Shown here piece by piece: positions 13,491 through 26,335 of a stretch of DNA of 64,000 nt. Below the pieces are notes generated by a model that made no database searches, was not told the DNA's origin, and saw only the letters and a program-made list of their open reading frames with translations. Both the position numbers and the translations under genes were made by a program. Where the stretch lies: positions 1,860,001 through 1,924,000 of the forward strand of contig VJWM01000044.1 of the NCBI GenBank assembly GCA_010909165.1. The letters are read 5' to 3'. This stretch comes from Anthoceros angustus. Its lineage: Eukaryota; Plantae; Anthocerotophyta. Each line of letters starts with the position of its first letter. The stretch's first letter is position 1.

Positions 13491-16400
13491 GACTGTGAAT
13501 ATAAGGTGTTTTCAGTATATGTTTGAAATCATAAACAATGCTTGTGAGAAAGAGGGTGTACTTAGGAGGGTGAGGAGAGAGAGAGAGCCAGTTCATGTTA
13601 AGATGGTGATAGCATGAGAAGGAATAAGGTCAAACTTAATACCAAGCCTACATAGCATGTTGCAATTTGACGGACATAAAATTACGAAGGCGCCTTCCAG
13701 CCAGCGTTACTTCTAGCCAGCAGCCAGGATGAAGTGTCTCGGCTGCGCGACCTCGAGACAATGGCCTCACGGTCCTTGCTCCGCCAATCGGACTCTACAC
13801 CGTGACGCTCTTTGAGCGCCTGGTAGGCAAGCGTAGAGCGCCGTCAAAATTGGTAGCAACGAAGCAGCGGCGAAGGAGGAAATAAGCATGGATGCGGCCG
13901 GAGCTCCGACTCAGGCCTTCGGCAACCCGGGAGTATGGATCGGCTGGCTGGCACCAAGCTCGGTTGCGGAGATGCAGGAGTCCATGGACCCCATAAAGGT
14001 GGGCGCAAGCATTGTGACCAGTACGCTATGTGGACTTGGGCCCTGAGTCGTGGAGGAAGCGAGGATTGTGGTGCGGGCAGTGGCATGGGCGTGTTCAAAT
14101 AGTGCGGACGACAGCGTTGGCAGTATTCCTAGTCACGCGAGTTTGCGGCGTAAGGCGAGATGCTTTGGCGGGCGATCAACAAGGAGGTCCGAGTCCGGGA
14201 ACCTCGCGGGAGGGACAGGCGATGGACCGCCAGTCTGAGAAGATGGCCTCCAGCAGCCAGAGGAGGAAGAAGAGGCCAGTGGTGCAGGTCAACAAACCTC
14301 GAGAAAGGAAGATAAGGGCCAGCCACCCGAGCGCTCGGAGCCAGTTGCGGCTCACGTTGAGCTGGAGCAGCGGACAACCAGCATCGTGCAGTGGTCTCCG
14401 GACAATCGGCCTCCAGCTCTGGACGAAAGGAGAGGAAAAGGTCGATGGGACCTAAGAGAGCTGCGGAAGGTATAGAACCATGGAACACAGTGAGCGCAAG
14501 CATTGTAACCCGGCGCTATCCAGGACTTGGTGGGCCATAGCCTGGATGAGGCTGAGGAGGATTCGGTCAAAGAGTGGCGCTCCGTATTCCGGAGGCTATG
14601 CGGGCGTTTGACGGTGTCACCCAGTGGTCCGAGTTATCTTGTCGAAGATGTTGGTCGGGCCAGCAAAAGAGTTCGATCAAGAACCTCAGGGAGATCGAGA
14701 GAAGGACCTTGGAGGGTCCACGAGGCAACCATACCCAGTTCATGAGGAGGGTTGGGGGCGTAGTCCCGAGGCCCCTCAAAGGCGGAAGGAAAGATAGGCT
14801 TGGCAGCCGATCTTGGCTCTGAAGCCAGGCAGGCCCGAACCACTGTGATTTGGTTGATGTTGGACACAGTGGCAGACGAGGAAGGGTGAAGGGTAGTGAC
14901 GGATCATTGTCACTGGAACTTGCTCACAAGGTGGATCCTTGGTGATAATTTAATGAGTGTTCCCATAAAGCGGCAGCTTGATGGGCAGAAATTTCCGGTG
15001 AGGAAGGATCATCTTGGGCAGGTTCAGCAGGCACTCCATCGGCGAGGCGAAAGGCCACCTCCGTCCGGGACTATCCCCCTACGGGGGAATCCATGTATGG
15101 GCGGATTCCGACCCTCTTGAAGGATGGGGAGGTAGGCGGGCTCGCTGCAGAGGTGGCGGCCCTGCCGAGGCGGGCGGGCCGAGGCACCAGTGAGGCCGAC
15201 CCCCTAAGGGAGGTCCGGAGGAGGGCGGGAGAGGATGCTGGGGCTCCACTCGTCTGGAGCGGACCCCTCACCACTAGGAAGTGTGGTGGGAAGATCCTGC
15301 TTCCTCCTCTCTGGTATGCCCGCGAGCGGCGATCTGTGCCGAGGCAGCCTCGCTCAAGCAGCCCAACTCTGACCAGTCTGGCGGCAGCCGATGAGCCCAG
15401 CAGAACTACTTGGTGTACCAGCGGAAAGCGGGCGGTGCCACATAGCCGCCTAGCACTTGGCGCGAAGGTGCGGTACACAGCCTGCCCTTGCAGGTGTAAG
15501 AGGCTAAGAGGCGGTGAGAAGGCGAAAGAGGCGCGAGGCGGTCCTTGGCGGCAACCCACCGAGCGATCTGTCGCCCGGGAAGCCAAGGGGTCGGCTCGAA
15601 CCCCCTCACCCCTCAAGGCCCCGGGGCCAGAGGCGGTAAATTGGCGGCAAGGCCAAGGAGGTGAGCGCTCGGGACCTCGGCACTCGGGACACTAGGTCAC
15701 GGTGGGTCCGAAGAACCCAGTCCGGACTTGCTCCAGGGGCTATGATCGCCGGTCCTTGGCGGACAACCGTGGATACCCGCTCCCACCGGACGAGGACTTT
15801 TGGGGCCTCACCAATGGCGGCCGTGGAAGAGACCACTGACGGGGTCACAGCTACCGTCATGGGCGGTATGCTCTGCCGAGGGTCTGCTGGAATAGAAGAC
15901 CAAGTGGGAGAGTGGAAAGCCACAAGGGAGGCGCATGGTGCTCCTCCGGAGGCGATTGGGCGGCGGCCCGAGGCGGAGGAGGGCGGAGCTCTCGGCCGCC
16001 ATGAAGAAGGAAGCGCCCGGGAGGCCGAAAGGTAAAGGGTCCATTAATGATGGGATGGGACTAAATTCAGCATTGGTGTGATGGGCAGTTTGAAACTGAG
16101 ACTGAGCGAGCCTGAGCCCAGCCAATTTGAGGACCTCTCTGAGGCGGAGAGGGCAGTGTGACGAAGGAGGCGAAGGAGGCCGGTAGCGAAGAAGGCTTCG
16201 CTGACTGGGCGGGGCGGCCCAGTGGACCCGGCCTGGTGGCGAAGCCAGTGGTGGGCGGCAAAGGAGGCAGGCCACAGTGCCTAAGACCAGGCCGCGATCC
16301 TGCTGTCCAGGCGTGGTGAGCAGGTGGAGAGGAGGAGTGGACCGAGATAATGCTGCGGCCCCTAACACTGAAGGCGGAGGCAAGGCGAGGCGGGCCAGGC

Positions 16401-19400
16401 AGTGCGGGCCAGCCATGCGCAGGAAGGAAGCCCAGCGACAAGGAGATGGAGGATCTCCGGACTCGGATTCGCGTGAGGTGGAACAATGGCGAGATGGAAG
16501 ACATAAAGAGACCTAGAGTTGCGGCTCAAGTTACCAGAGGAATGGTAATGCAGCAAGGCGTGATCACCGCGGATCACGAGCGAGATAAATGACTCCGGCT
16601 ACGTTGGCGGACGGAGAGTAAGGCGATGGAGCAGGGCGGGGCGTCGCGAAATGGGAAGGACTGGGCAGAAGCACGCAATCTGGCGAGTTGCCCGACCGCT
16701 GGAGAGGAGATGGCGGAGCTAACGGCCGGGATGAGCGGGGCGAGCCTTCAGGGCCTTGCAGAAAAAGGCTGAGTCTAGTTAAGAAGAAGGCGGAAGGGAG
16801 GCCTGCGCTATGGCAGTGGTGGCGGTGAGGCGGAAAGGCTGAAAGGGCAGTGAACCTTGTTGGCCCAGTTGCGAGGAGGTGACGGCGGTGGCCTCCATTG
16901 ACCCGGCTGGCCAATGAACTGGCCGGGGAGATGGTCAAGCCCGGACGTGCTTTCGACTCGGGCACCAATGGCGAAGGGAGTGTCGGTGCTCGGGCACATG
17001 TGGAAGAGGCAATCCGGCAAATTGACTCGGTTTTACCTACTACCACGGCGAGCTCCTTAGGCATTGGAAGCCTCTCGGCGCCCGCTACTGAGCGGACCCC
17101 GGAAGGCTCGAGAAGAGGATGAAGGGCATGGGGACAGCAGGGGACCCTAGTGGCCTGGGCAGTGAGGGGAGAAGAGCCTCGGGAGGAGGCGGGGCCAGCC
17201 AATAGCGGACCTCGGTAAGTCCACAGCCTTTGCTCGGGAGGATAGAGTGGCAGCCTGAAAGGCGCGGAAGGAAAAACCAGCTGGGCCAAGACAGGGTGGG
17301 TGGGTAGGGATGAGGCCTAGCGATAGAGGTCCATGAGATGAGAGTCGGAGCTTGGGGGCAGGACCCCGTGTCGTCGGACACAGTCGGGCCGAGATGAAGA
17401 CGGACAGGCCGGACTCGGGAAATAAAGCGAGACTCCCGAAGTTCGGACTCGGGTCGGGCCAGGACCTCAAGGTCCGGGACTCGAGAAGCGGAGGGTCCCC
17501 CTCAGGCAATTCTGTTGGGAGGCGGACGGTCGTTCAGTCAGCCCTACGGGTGGGAGGCCAGATGTGAAGGTGATGTACACACGTCCGTCACAGGGGCGGT
17601 CAGCTTTTCAGGAGCCTTGATCTGGTATTGGAAACTCCTGTTGGATTGTGTCTTTGAGTGATTTTTGTTTTTATTAAGTTTGGTGTCGAGAAGAGCTAGG
17701 TTATGAGTAGGAAGGGATATTTATAGTAGAAAGTGTCCTTGGCCTATGAGTTTTTAGGTTGTTTTGTGGGTTAAATAATAATCGGTCCTTGGACTATGAA
17801 CTCGATACTCCTTGGCCTTTGGTCTTGGAATATTTAATAAAAGGCCTATATATGGGCGGGGGTCCCCATATTTGGCGGTCCAGTAGGCTAGAATTCGAAC
17901 CAGCAGGCGGTAGTTGAGTGTGTGTGTGTTGTTGGGGTGTCTGGGGACTATGTTTGAAGGCGGTTGGCGAGGTGAGGCGGTCGTGGAAGGAAGGCGGTCG
18001 CGGAAGAAGAAGTGGTGGCCGGTTGGCGGTCGTGAGTTTGGAAATATAACCCTAAGGGAACTCGGAAGGCCTGGTGGCGTGGGTAGCTCGGACGATCCAC
18101 AGCGGGCCGAGCTACAGCAATAAAGGCGAGCCACAGTGGCGGCGGGGCTCGCGATTCTGGAAGGAAGAAACCACAGGATTGACCAAGTTGGAGATTAGGC
18201 GAGTTATCAGCAATTTGTAGGCGGTGAGGTTTGCGGAGCATGGCCCAAGGTTGCGAAATTTGTTGTGGCCAAATATGGACCATTGGAGGAATTAAGGTGG
18301 AATTGGTGAGGCGGGACTTGGGATCATGGAAAAAGCAGTGGAGAGTTTATGGGAGGATTTTCCGGATCGAAGGAAGGAGGACCCATAAATTCAGCGACAA
18401 AGGAGACGACCAAATCGGAGGGTGCGGAGATAACATGGGCGGGGGTAGTGGCATCCTAGGAATAGAACTTTGGATAGGATGCCATCTTGGACCTAAGGCC
18501 GTCAAAAAATTGTAGGCGCCTCTTGGCGTTGACCGTTTTAGGACACAGAATGCGGTGGCTATGGCGGACAATTGTATAAAGGGGCTTGGTTGTGCCCCTC
18601 ACATGAGATAACTCTGGTTGAGATCCCCATGCTGTGGCTGGTTGGAGCGTCCAGATTAGCGGAGGTGGTGTCTGGAGGCTCCTAGGGGTGGTCGAGGCTT
18701 GCTCCTGGGGAGGAGGGTGATAGAGCAATCTTCGACAAGGAGGAGGAAACCAAGGGATTGGCGGGGTGGGTGCAGGCTTGCACCATGCTTTTCTGTGGCC
18801 TTGGGGGTTCTTCTTTCCTTCACCCTTGTTCACTGTTAGTTGTGTTCGAAATTGAGAGAAGTGTTGAGTGGATGGTTGGAAGCCTGTGAGGAGAGAGAGA
18901 GAGAGAAGATTGGGTGAGTGAACATGTCAGCGATGCGAGGTGTAAGAGGAGTTGAGAAGGAAACTAATTGAGAGACTAACGGTGGAGATTTGTGTGGATC
19001 AAAAGAATCGGTCTTGTTGGTGGAAGTGTGCTGAAGAAAGCATTCCTTGAATTGTGTGAGTGTGGCGCCCTTTGTGTGTGTGTGGGTGAGGGATTTGTGG
19101 AACTTTGGTCCCTAGGAATCGGTGTGTGTGTGCATGAAGTGTGGAGTCACGAATAAAGTCGATGCATGCGGTGGTAGGCCTTGAGTGCGAGATCCAGCGC
19201 CGTCTTGTGGAAATAAGTAGGGTTTGGCGTGGGACCCACCTGGTGAAGCAACTACCCGGTAGTGGTGAGCCACGCGGAATGGAATAAGATTTGCGATTGT
19301 GGAATAAGATTTGTGGTGGAATAAGATTAGAGTTGTGGAATAAGATCATGGTAGTTAGACAAGTCGGGAGGTAGTAGTAGTTGAGTAGATAGGTGAGAGT

Positions 19401-22400
19401 AATAGCGAGGTAAGTCACGGCTTAGGTGAAGGTCGATGGCGATAGAAGTTAGCGTCTCTTGGCACAAACCATTCCACTTGGGAGGCGAATCCTAAGCCTA
19501 CACATTGAGGGTGAATATGGACCTCACGGTGTCCCTAGACACAAATTCACCTCCATGATTCTTTGCATGGCATGTTCAAGAATGAAACTTAGCGACAAGT
19601 TTGACTTAGGAAGGACTAATTGGAGAGTTGAAGTCCTCACCTATCTACTCAACTACTACTACCTCCCGACTTGTCTACAGATCTTATTCCACAACCACAG
19701 ATCTTATTCCACGACCACAAATCTTATTCCACGACCAAATCTTATTCCACAACGCGGTGGCTCTCACCACTACGGTAGTTGCTTGACTACCGAGGTGGGT
19801 CCCACGCCAAACCCTAGCGACTTATTTCCGCGCAGGCGCCGGATCCACACGGCATCTGTGCACAGATCGGACTTTATTCACTCCACACTTCATGCACACA
19901 CCGATTCCTAGGGACCAAAGTTCACAAATCCCTCACCGCTTCACACACACACAAAGGCGCCACACTCACACAATTTTACAAGGAAGCTGTTTCCTCTTGT
20001 GCACACCAACTGACCGGTTTGGATTCTTTTGGATCCACAAATCTCCGTTAGTCTCTCAATTAGTTCCCTTCTCAACTCCTCTTACACCTCGCATCGATGA
20101 TGTTCATCCTTCACCCAATCTTCTCTCTCTCTCTCTCTCCCTCAATTCGCATGACCAACCATCCACTCAACACTTCTCTCTCAATTTGAACACAACTACA
20201 GAACAAGGGTGAAGGAAAGAAGAACCCCAGGCGTCACGGCGGCGTTACGAGCAAGCTCCGGACCCGCCCGCCAATCCCTTGGTTTCCTCCTCCTTTGTCG
20301 GCAAGATTGCTCTATCACCCCTCCTCCCCGGTTGCGCAAGCTCTCGACCACCACCCTAGGCGTCTCGCACACCACCTCTGTCAATCGGACGTCTCCAACC
20401 AGCCACAGGCGTGGGGATCTCAACCGAGTTATCGATGTGAGGGGCACAACCAAGCCCCTTTATACAATTCTTTGGGCGTCATAGCCACGGACTTTCCAGT
20501 CCTAAAAAGCGAGAGCGCCCCTACAATTTCGGACGGCCTTAGGTCCAAGATGGCATCCTATCCAAAGTTCTATTCCTAGGATGCCACTACTCCCATGTTA
20601 TCTCCGCACTCCCCTCCGATTTGGTCTGGCCCTTCGTCCTTTCTGCTGAATTTATGGGTCCTCCTTCCTCGTTCATCTGGAAAATCCTCCCATAAACTCT
20701 CCTTTGTTTTCCATGATCCCAAGTCCCAGCTCCCTCACCAATCCTCCACCTCGGACCCTCCAATGGTCCATATTTGGCCATTAGGCGTAAATTTCTGCTG
20801 CAACCTTGGGCGCCATGCTCTGCAAAACCCTCACGCCCACGCCTCAATTGCTGATAACGCCTCGAATCTCCAATCAATCCCCCACCTTCCTTCCAGAATC
20901 GCGAGCTCCCGCCGCCACCAGGGCCTGCCCTTTACAGCCTCGTGCCAGAGCTCGTGCCCTGTCAGGGATCGTCTGGAGCTACCCTGCTGCCGCCGCGCCT
21001 CGTGCCTTTCCGAGTTCCCTTAGGGTTATATTTCCCCGGAAACTCTACGACCGCCAACCGGCTTCCGCTACCACTTCTTCTTCCGCGACCGCTCCTTCCT
21101 TCCACGACCGCCCGACCAGTTCGCCAACCGTCTTCGAAACATAGTCCCGCACACCACACACGGTTCAACTACCCGGTTGGTTCGACCTCTAGCCTACGGA
21201 CCTCTGCCAAATATGGGACCCTCCCCCATATATAGGCCTTTTATTAAATATTCCAAGACCAAAGGCCAAGGAGTATCGAGTTCATAGTCAAGGACCGATT
21301 ATTATTTAAAAACAACCCAAAACTCATAGGCCAAGGACACTTTCTACTATAAATATCCCTTCCTACTCATAACCTAGCTCTTCTTGACACCAAACTTAAC
21401 AAAAACAAAAATCACTCAAAGACACAATCCAACAGGAGTTTCCAATACCAGATCGTTTACAGTCCGCCCCAGACGGACGTACATCACCACATCGGCCCCG
21501 ACATCACTCCCCAGCGTAAGTCGGAGGGGACTCCTCCTTGCTTCTGAGTCAGGACCTCGGGGTCGGTCTCGACTCCGGATCAACTTGAGTCTGCCTTATT
21601 CCTTGAGTCGATGTGCCGGTCTCAGGTCTCATCACGAGTTCGGACCTCGAGGTCGAACTTGCCGGTCGGTCTGGCTCGGACCCCTTATCTGCCGGACCTC
21701 TGCTGCTGGGTCCTCATCCCTACCCACCGACCCTTGTCTTGGGTGGGTTGGCTCCTCCTTCCGCGCGCCTTCAGGCCCCGCCTCTATCCTCCCGGCGGTT
21801 GCGGTGGACTTACCACAGGATCCGTTGTATTGGCGCGTCTGCTCCTCCACGAGGCTCTTCTCCCCATTGTCGTCTCCAAGCGGGGCCACTAGGGTCCCGT
21901 CTTTGTCCCATGCCCTTCATCCCCTTGAGCCTTAGGGGTCCGTCCGTGTATGGAGGCTTCAATGCCTTAAGGGCTCGGCGTGGTAGTAGGCAAAATCCGA
22001 GTCAATTTCTTGGATTGCCTCTTCCACATGTGCCGGAGCACCGATACTCCTTCGCCATTGGTGCTCGGGGAGCGTCTTTGTCGGCTTCTTTGGACCATCC
22101 CCCTGCCAGTTCGTTCGGGGCGGGCGAATCTCGAGGCCACAAGGGCCACGGTCACCTCCTGCAAGCCCGCGCTGTTGCTCACTTTGCTCCGTCGTTTCCG
22201 CTCCTTACCGCCATAGCGCAGCGCTCCCCTTCCGCCTTCCTTAACTGGACCAGCAGCTTCTTTTCTGCGTCCAGTGCTCTCGCTCCCCCGTTTATTCTGG
22301 CCGTTAGCTCCGCCATCTCCCTCTCCAGGCGGTCGGGCAACTCTGCCAGATTGCGTGCTTCGCCCAGGTCCTTCTCCATTTCGGCGACGTCCTGCTCCCT

Positions 22401-25400
22401 GTTCCATCGCCTTACTTCCTCCGTCCGCCAACAGAGCTGGAGCCGCTCTATTTCTCGTTCGTGATCCGTGATCACGCCCTGCAGATTACCATTCCTCTCA
22501 ATGGTAACTTGGGCTGCAACTCAGTCTCTTCGGTCTTCCATCTCCACCTGTTGCTCCACCTCACATGGCGGAGATCCTCCATCTCCTTGTCGCGGGCTTC
22601 CTTCTCCTCGGCATGGGTGGCCCTGCTCCGCCGCCTCTGCTCCTTCTTGGCAGCTATCCCTCCGTCTCCCTCCACCGGTTCGATCACGCCGATAGTGATC
22701 GCGGTCGGTCTTAGCTTGGCCGCCTCCTCCTTGCAGGCCCACCGGCTTGGCCCGGGTCAGTGCCGCCTCGGCAGTCGCGAGCCTTCTCACCTTGCGCCCG
22801 GGCCTCCTGCCTCTGCTGCGCTACCCCTCTCCGCTGCGGAGGTCTTGGCCAGCTTGGGCCTCACATGCTGCTTGCTGCTCACCCAGGTGAAGGAATTTAG
22901 TCGGTCTGTCAGATGGACCCGGACTTCCCTTCGGCCTCCACGTTTCCCTTCTTGATGCGGCCGAGGCCTTCCTCCTCGCCTCACAGGCCGCCTCCAAGCT
23001 CACGGAGGGCACCATCGCCTCCTGGTGGCTTCTACTTCACAGGTCTTCTCGGCATCCCGAGACCCCAAAACATCTGTCCATGGCGGTGGCTTGACCCCGT
23101 GTCTCTTCCACGGCCGCCCCAGTGAGACCCCCAAAAGTTAGTGGGAGGCGGGCATCTCACGGTCGCCAGGACCTCCCTGCAGTCCGGAGCAAGTCGGTGG
23201 GTTCTCGGACCTAATCGGGCCCCTTAGGTCACGATTGGGTCGGAGCTTCACCCTCCTTGGCCCTCTTGGCGCCAATTCCTTATTCGCCCTCTTCGTCACA
23301 GGGCTCGGAGGGTGAGGGGTTCGAGGCGGCCCTTGCCTCTCCCGGTCGGCGGGGACGGCTCAGTGGGGTTCTTGACCTCCTGCTCCTTGGGCGGCGTCCC
23401 GCTCTTCTCACACGCCTCTTGACCTCTTGCCACTCGTGGCGGGGCAAGCACCGGCACCCTTTGAGTCTTTGCGTTGGCGGGTGGCACCGTCTTCCGCCTC
23501 TTGATTGCCAGGCGTGTTCGGGCTCCTCTTGCCGTTGTGGTGCATTTGGGCTGTTGTCGGGCCGTCTCCTGCCTTTGGCTGCTCGGTGAGGCACCAGAGA
23601 GGAGGCGGGGATATCTTCCACACTTCCCTAGGTGGTGAGGGTCCGTTCAGGGACGTATGGGTCAGTATCCCTTCGATCGTCCTCCTCCGGACCCGTTTGG
23701 CCCTAGGGGTCGGGCCTCTACCTCAGGCGCCTTTGCCCTCTGACAGTAGGGCCGCCACCCTTTCGGGCGCCGCTCTACCTCCCCATCCTTGAGGAGGCTC
23801 GTAATGTCCCCATACATGGATCGGGTATGGGGATAGTCGACAGTGGCTTCTCGCTCCTCGACTTCGGGCCTCTGGGACACAAGGCGAAGATGATCCTTCC
23901 CAGTCCGCCCTCTTGCCCGTTCGGCATGCGGGAACACCAAATTATCACCAAGGTGATCCACCTTGGTGAGAAGTTCCGATGGACAATGATCGACTCTGCC
24001 CTCACCCTTATCCGGTCATATCAACCGGCCGTTGGTTGTCCGCTGCGTTCGGGCCGCCCTTCTTGCGCCTCTATCTTTCCCTCGCCTTGAGGGCTGCGGG
24101 ACTCGCCCCCATCCTCCTCCGTTGGGCGGTTGTAAGCCGCCCTCGGGACCTCAAGGTCCATCTCTGGGATCCTCCGGAGGTTCTTGGACGAACCTCCTTG
24201 TTGGCCAGCATCTTCGGCGAACTCCCGGACCCGGGGTGACAACTTGTCAAGCGTCGAGATAGCACTGGAATACGTCTAAGTGCCACTCTTGACTAATCCT
24301 CCGCCTCCTCGGCCCAAAAGTCCGGATAGCGCAGTTACAATGTTGCTCTACCGGTTCCATGGCTCCCATACCTCCATGACCTTTTTGGGTCCCATCGCCT
24401 TCTTCTCCTTTCGTTGGTGATGCGAGACCGGCGGCACGATCGCCTCTTGCCCGCATTATTGCTCCAACCTCAGCGGTGAGCAGCAGATGCTGGCGTTCAA
24501 AGATAGCGGAGGGCGGGTTGCGGGCGTGAGGCTGGTGTCTCAGTCGCAGAGAAATGACCCTCCTCGTCGGGCGCCGTTTGGAAATGTAGCTGGGCGGGAG
24601 GTGCCTCTTCTGTCAGCGCGGTGCATGGCTTACTGCGACCTTACGCGCGCGTACTGCAGCCTTCTGCTTGCGGTCTGGGCGTGAATACCGCCTGGCCCCT
24701 GGCAATTCGGTCTGGCTGCTTGCATGCAGAGCCTCCATTGATCTGTCCTCCGACTCGACTTACTTTCCAGCGTACTTATCTGTTTTGACCGGGTGGGGTC
24801 CGGACTTATCCCAGATTGCAGTGCGGTCAGGAGCTTGTCATGGTGGTGCGGATCCGTTACCTCGGTCCGGAATACTCGGGCGGTCAGGCACCATCCGTGC
24901 TTATTTCTCCCTTCGCCTTATTTTACCATTGGGACCTCTGAAAAAACAAAACCCCACTTATTTCCTAACCCCTAAGGGAAGTCCGTAGCCCACAATGGGC
25001 CATCTCTAGCTAGTGTCCTAGCTAAGAGACGCTTCAACTTGGAGCTCTGATACCCTACTAGAAAAGGCAACCTATGTTACAATCGTTGTTGTAATTTTAT
25101 GTTACACTTCCAAATTGCAACATGCTATGTAGGCTTGGTATTAAGTTTGACACTATTCCCTTCTCATGCTATCACCATCTTAACATGAACCTGGCTCTCT
25201 CTCTCATCACCTCACCCTCCTAAGTACACCCTCTTTCTCACAAGCATTGTTTATGATTTCAAACATATACTGAAAACACCTTGCTTCTGATCCTTTGTTA
25301 CAATTTCATGTAACACTTTCCATTTGCAACACGCATTAAGTTAGTTGGCTTGGTGTTAAGTTTATGATTTTCTTCTCCACCTTCTCACCATCTTAACAAC

Positions 25401-26335
25401 ATACAAGTGGTCTCTCGACCTTTCACCTCACCATTAAGGCTTAGCATTAAGTTTGTTGGCTTGGTGTTAAGTTTGTGATTTTCTTCTCCACTTCTCTCAC
25501 CATCTTAACAACACCTTGGTCTCTCCTTTCACCTCAACTTTATTGTGCTAGAAATTTGGGGCATAAAAGATCGTCGAGATTTGCACAAATAGTAAATACA
25601 AGTACCATATAATAAACATGTACATACCGGCATACATAACGTAACATTATAACATACATATTTATTACATACAAAATAATATGAACATATATCATTGAAA
25701 ATACGATCATATTATTTTGTATGTAATAAATATGTATGTTATAATGTTACGTTATGTATGCCGGTATGTACATGTTTATTATATGGTACTTGTATTTACT
25801 ATTTGTGCAAATCTCGACGATCTTTATGCCCCAAATTTCTAGCACAATAAAGTTGAGGTGAAAGGAGAGACCAAGGTGTTGTTAAGATGGTGAGAGAAGT
25901 GGAGAAGAAAATCACAAACTTAACACCAAGCCAACAAACTTAATGCTAAGCCTTAATGGTGAGGTGAAAGGTCGAGAGACCACTTGTATGTTGTTAAGAT
26001 GGTGAGAAGGTGGAGAAGAAAATCATAAACTTAACACCAAGCCAACTAACTTAATGCGTGTTGCAAATGGAAAGTGTTACATGAAATTGTAACAAAGGAT
26101 CAGAAGCAAGGTGTTTTCAGTATATGTTTGAAATCATAAACAATGCTTGTGAGAAAGAGGGTGTACTTAGGAGGGTGAGGTGATGAGAGAGAGAGCCAGT
26201 TCATGTTAAGATGGTGATAGCATGAGAAGGAATAGTGTCAAACTTAATACCAAGCCTACATAGCATGTTGCAATTTGAAGTGTAACATATAAATTACAAC
26301 AACGATTGTAACATAGGTTGCCTTTTCTAGTAGGG
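12640..26335. mobile_element. Non-autonomous CACTA/EnSpm-like DNA transposon with CCCTA termini (~1.1 kb once the inverted duplication is removed)
   Basis: Left TIR CCCTACTAGAAA (12640; also 11455) and right TIR TTTCTAGTAGGG (26324-26335). TAT on both sides (3-bp TSD). Many subterminal TGT(A/T)ACA repeats in both orientations. AT-rich and non-coding. Confidence 0.8.
13092..25706. repeat. Second, more diverged inverted repeat: 13.1-19.4 kb (+) vs 19.64-25.7 kb (-)
   Basis: Same segment order (CACTA right half, GC-rich segment, family B LTR) in opposite orientation; turn-around at ~19398-19635. Confidence 0.85.
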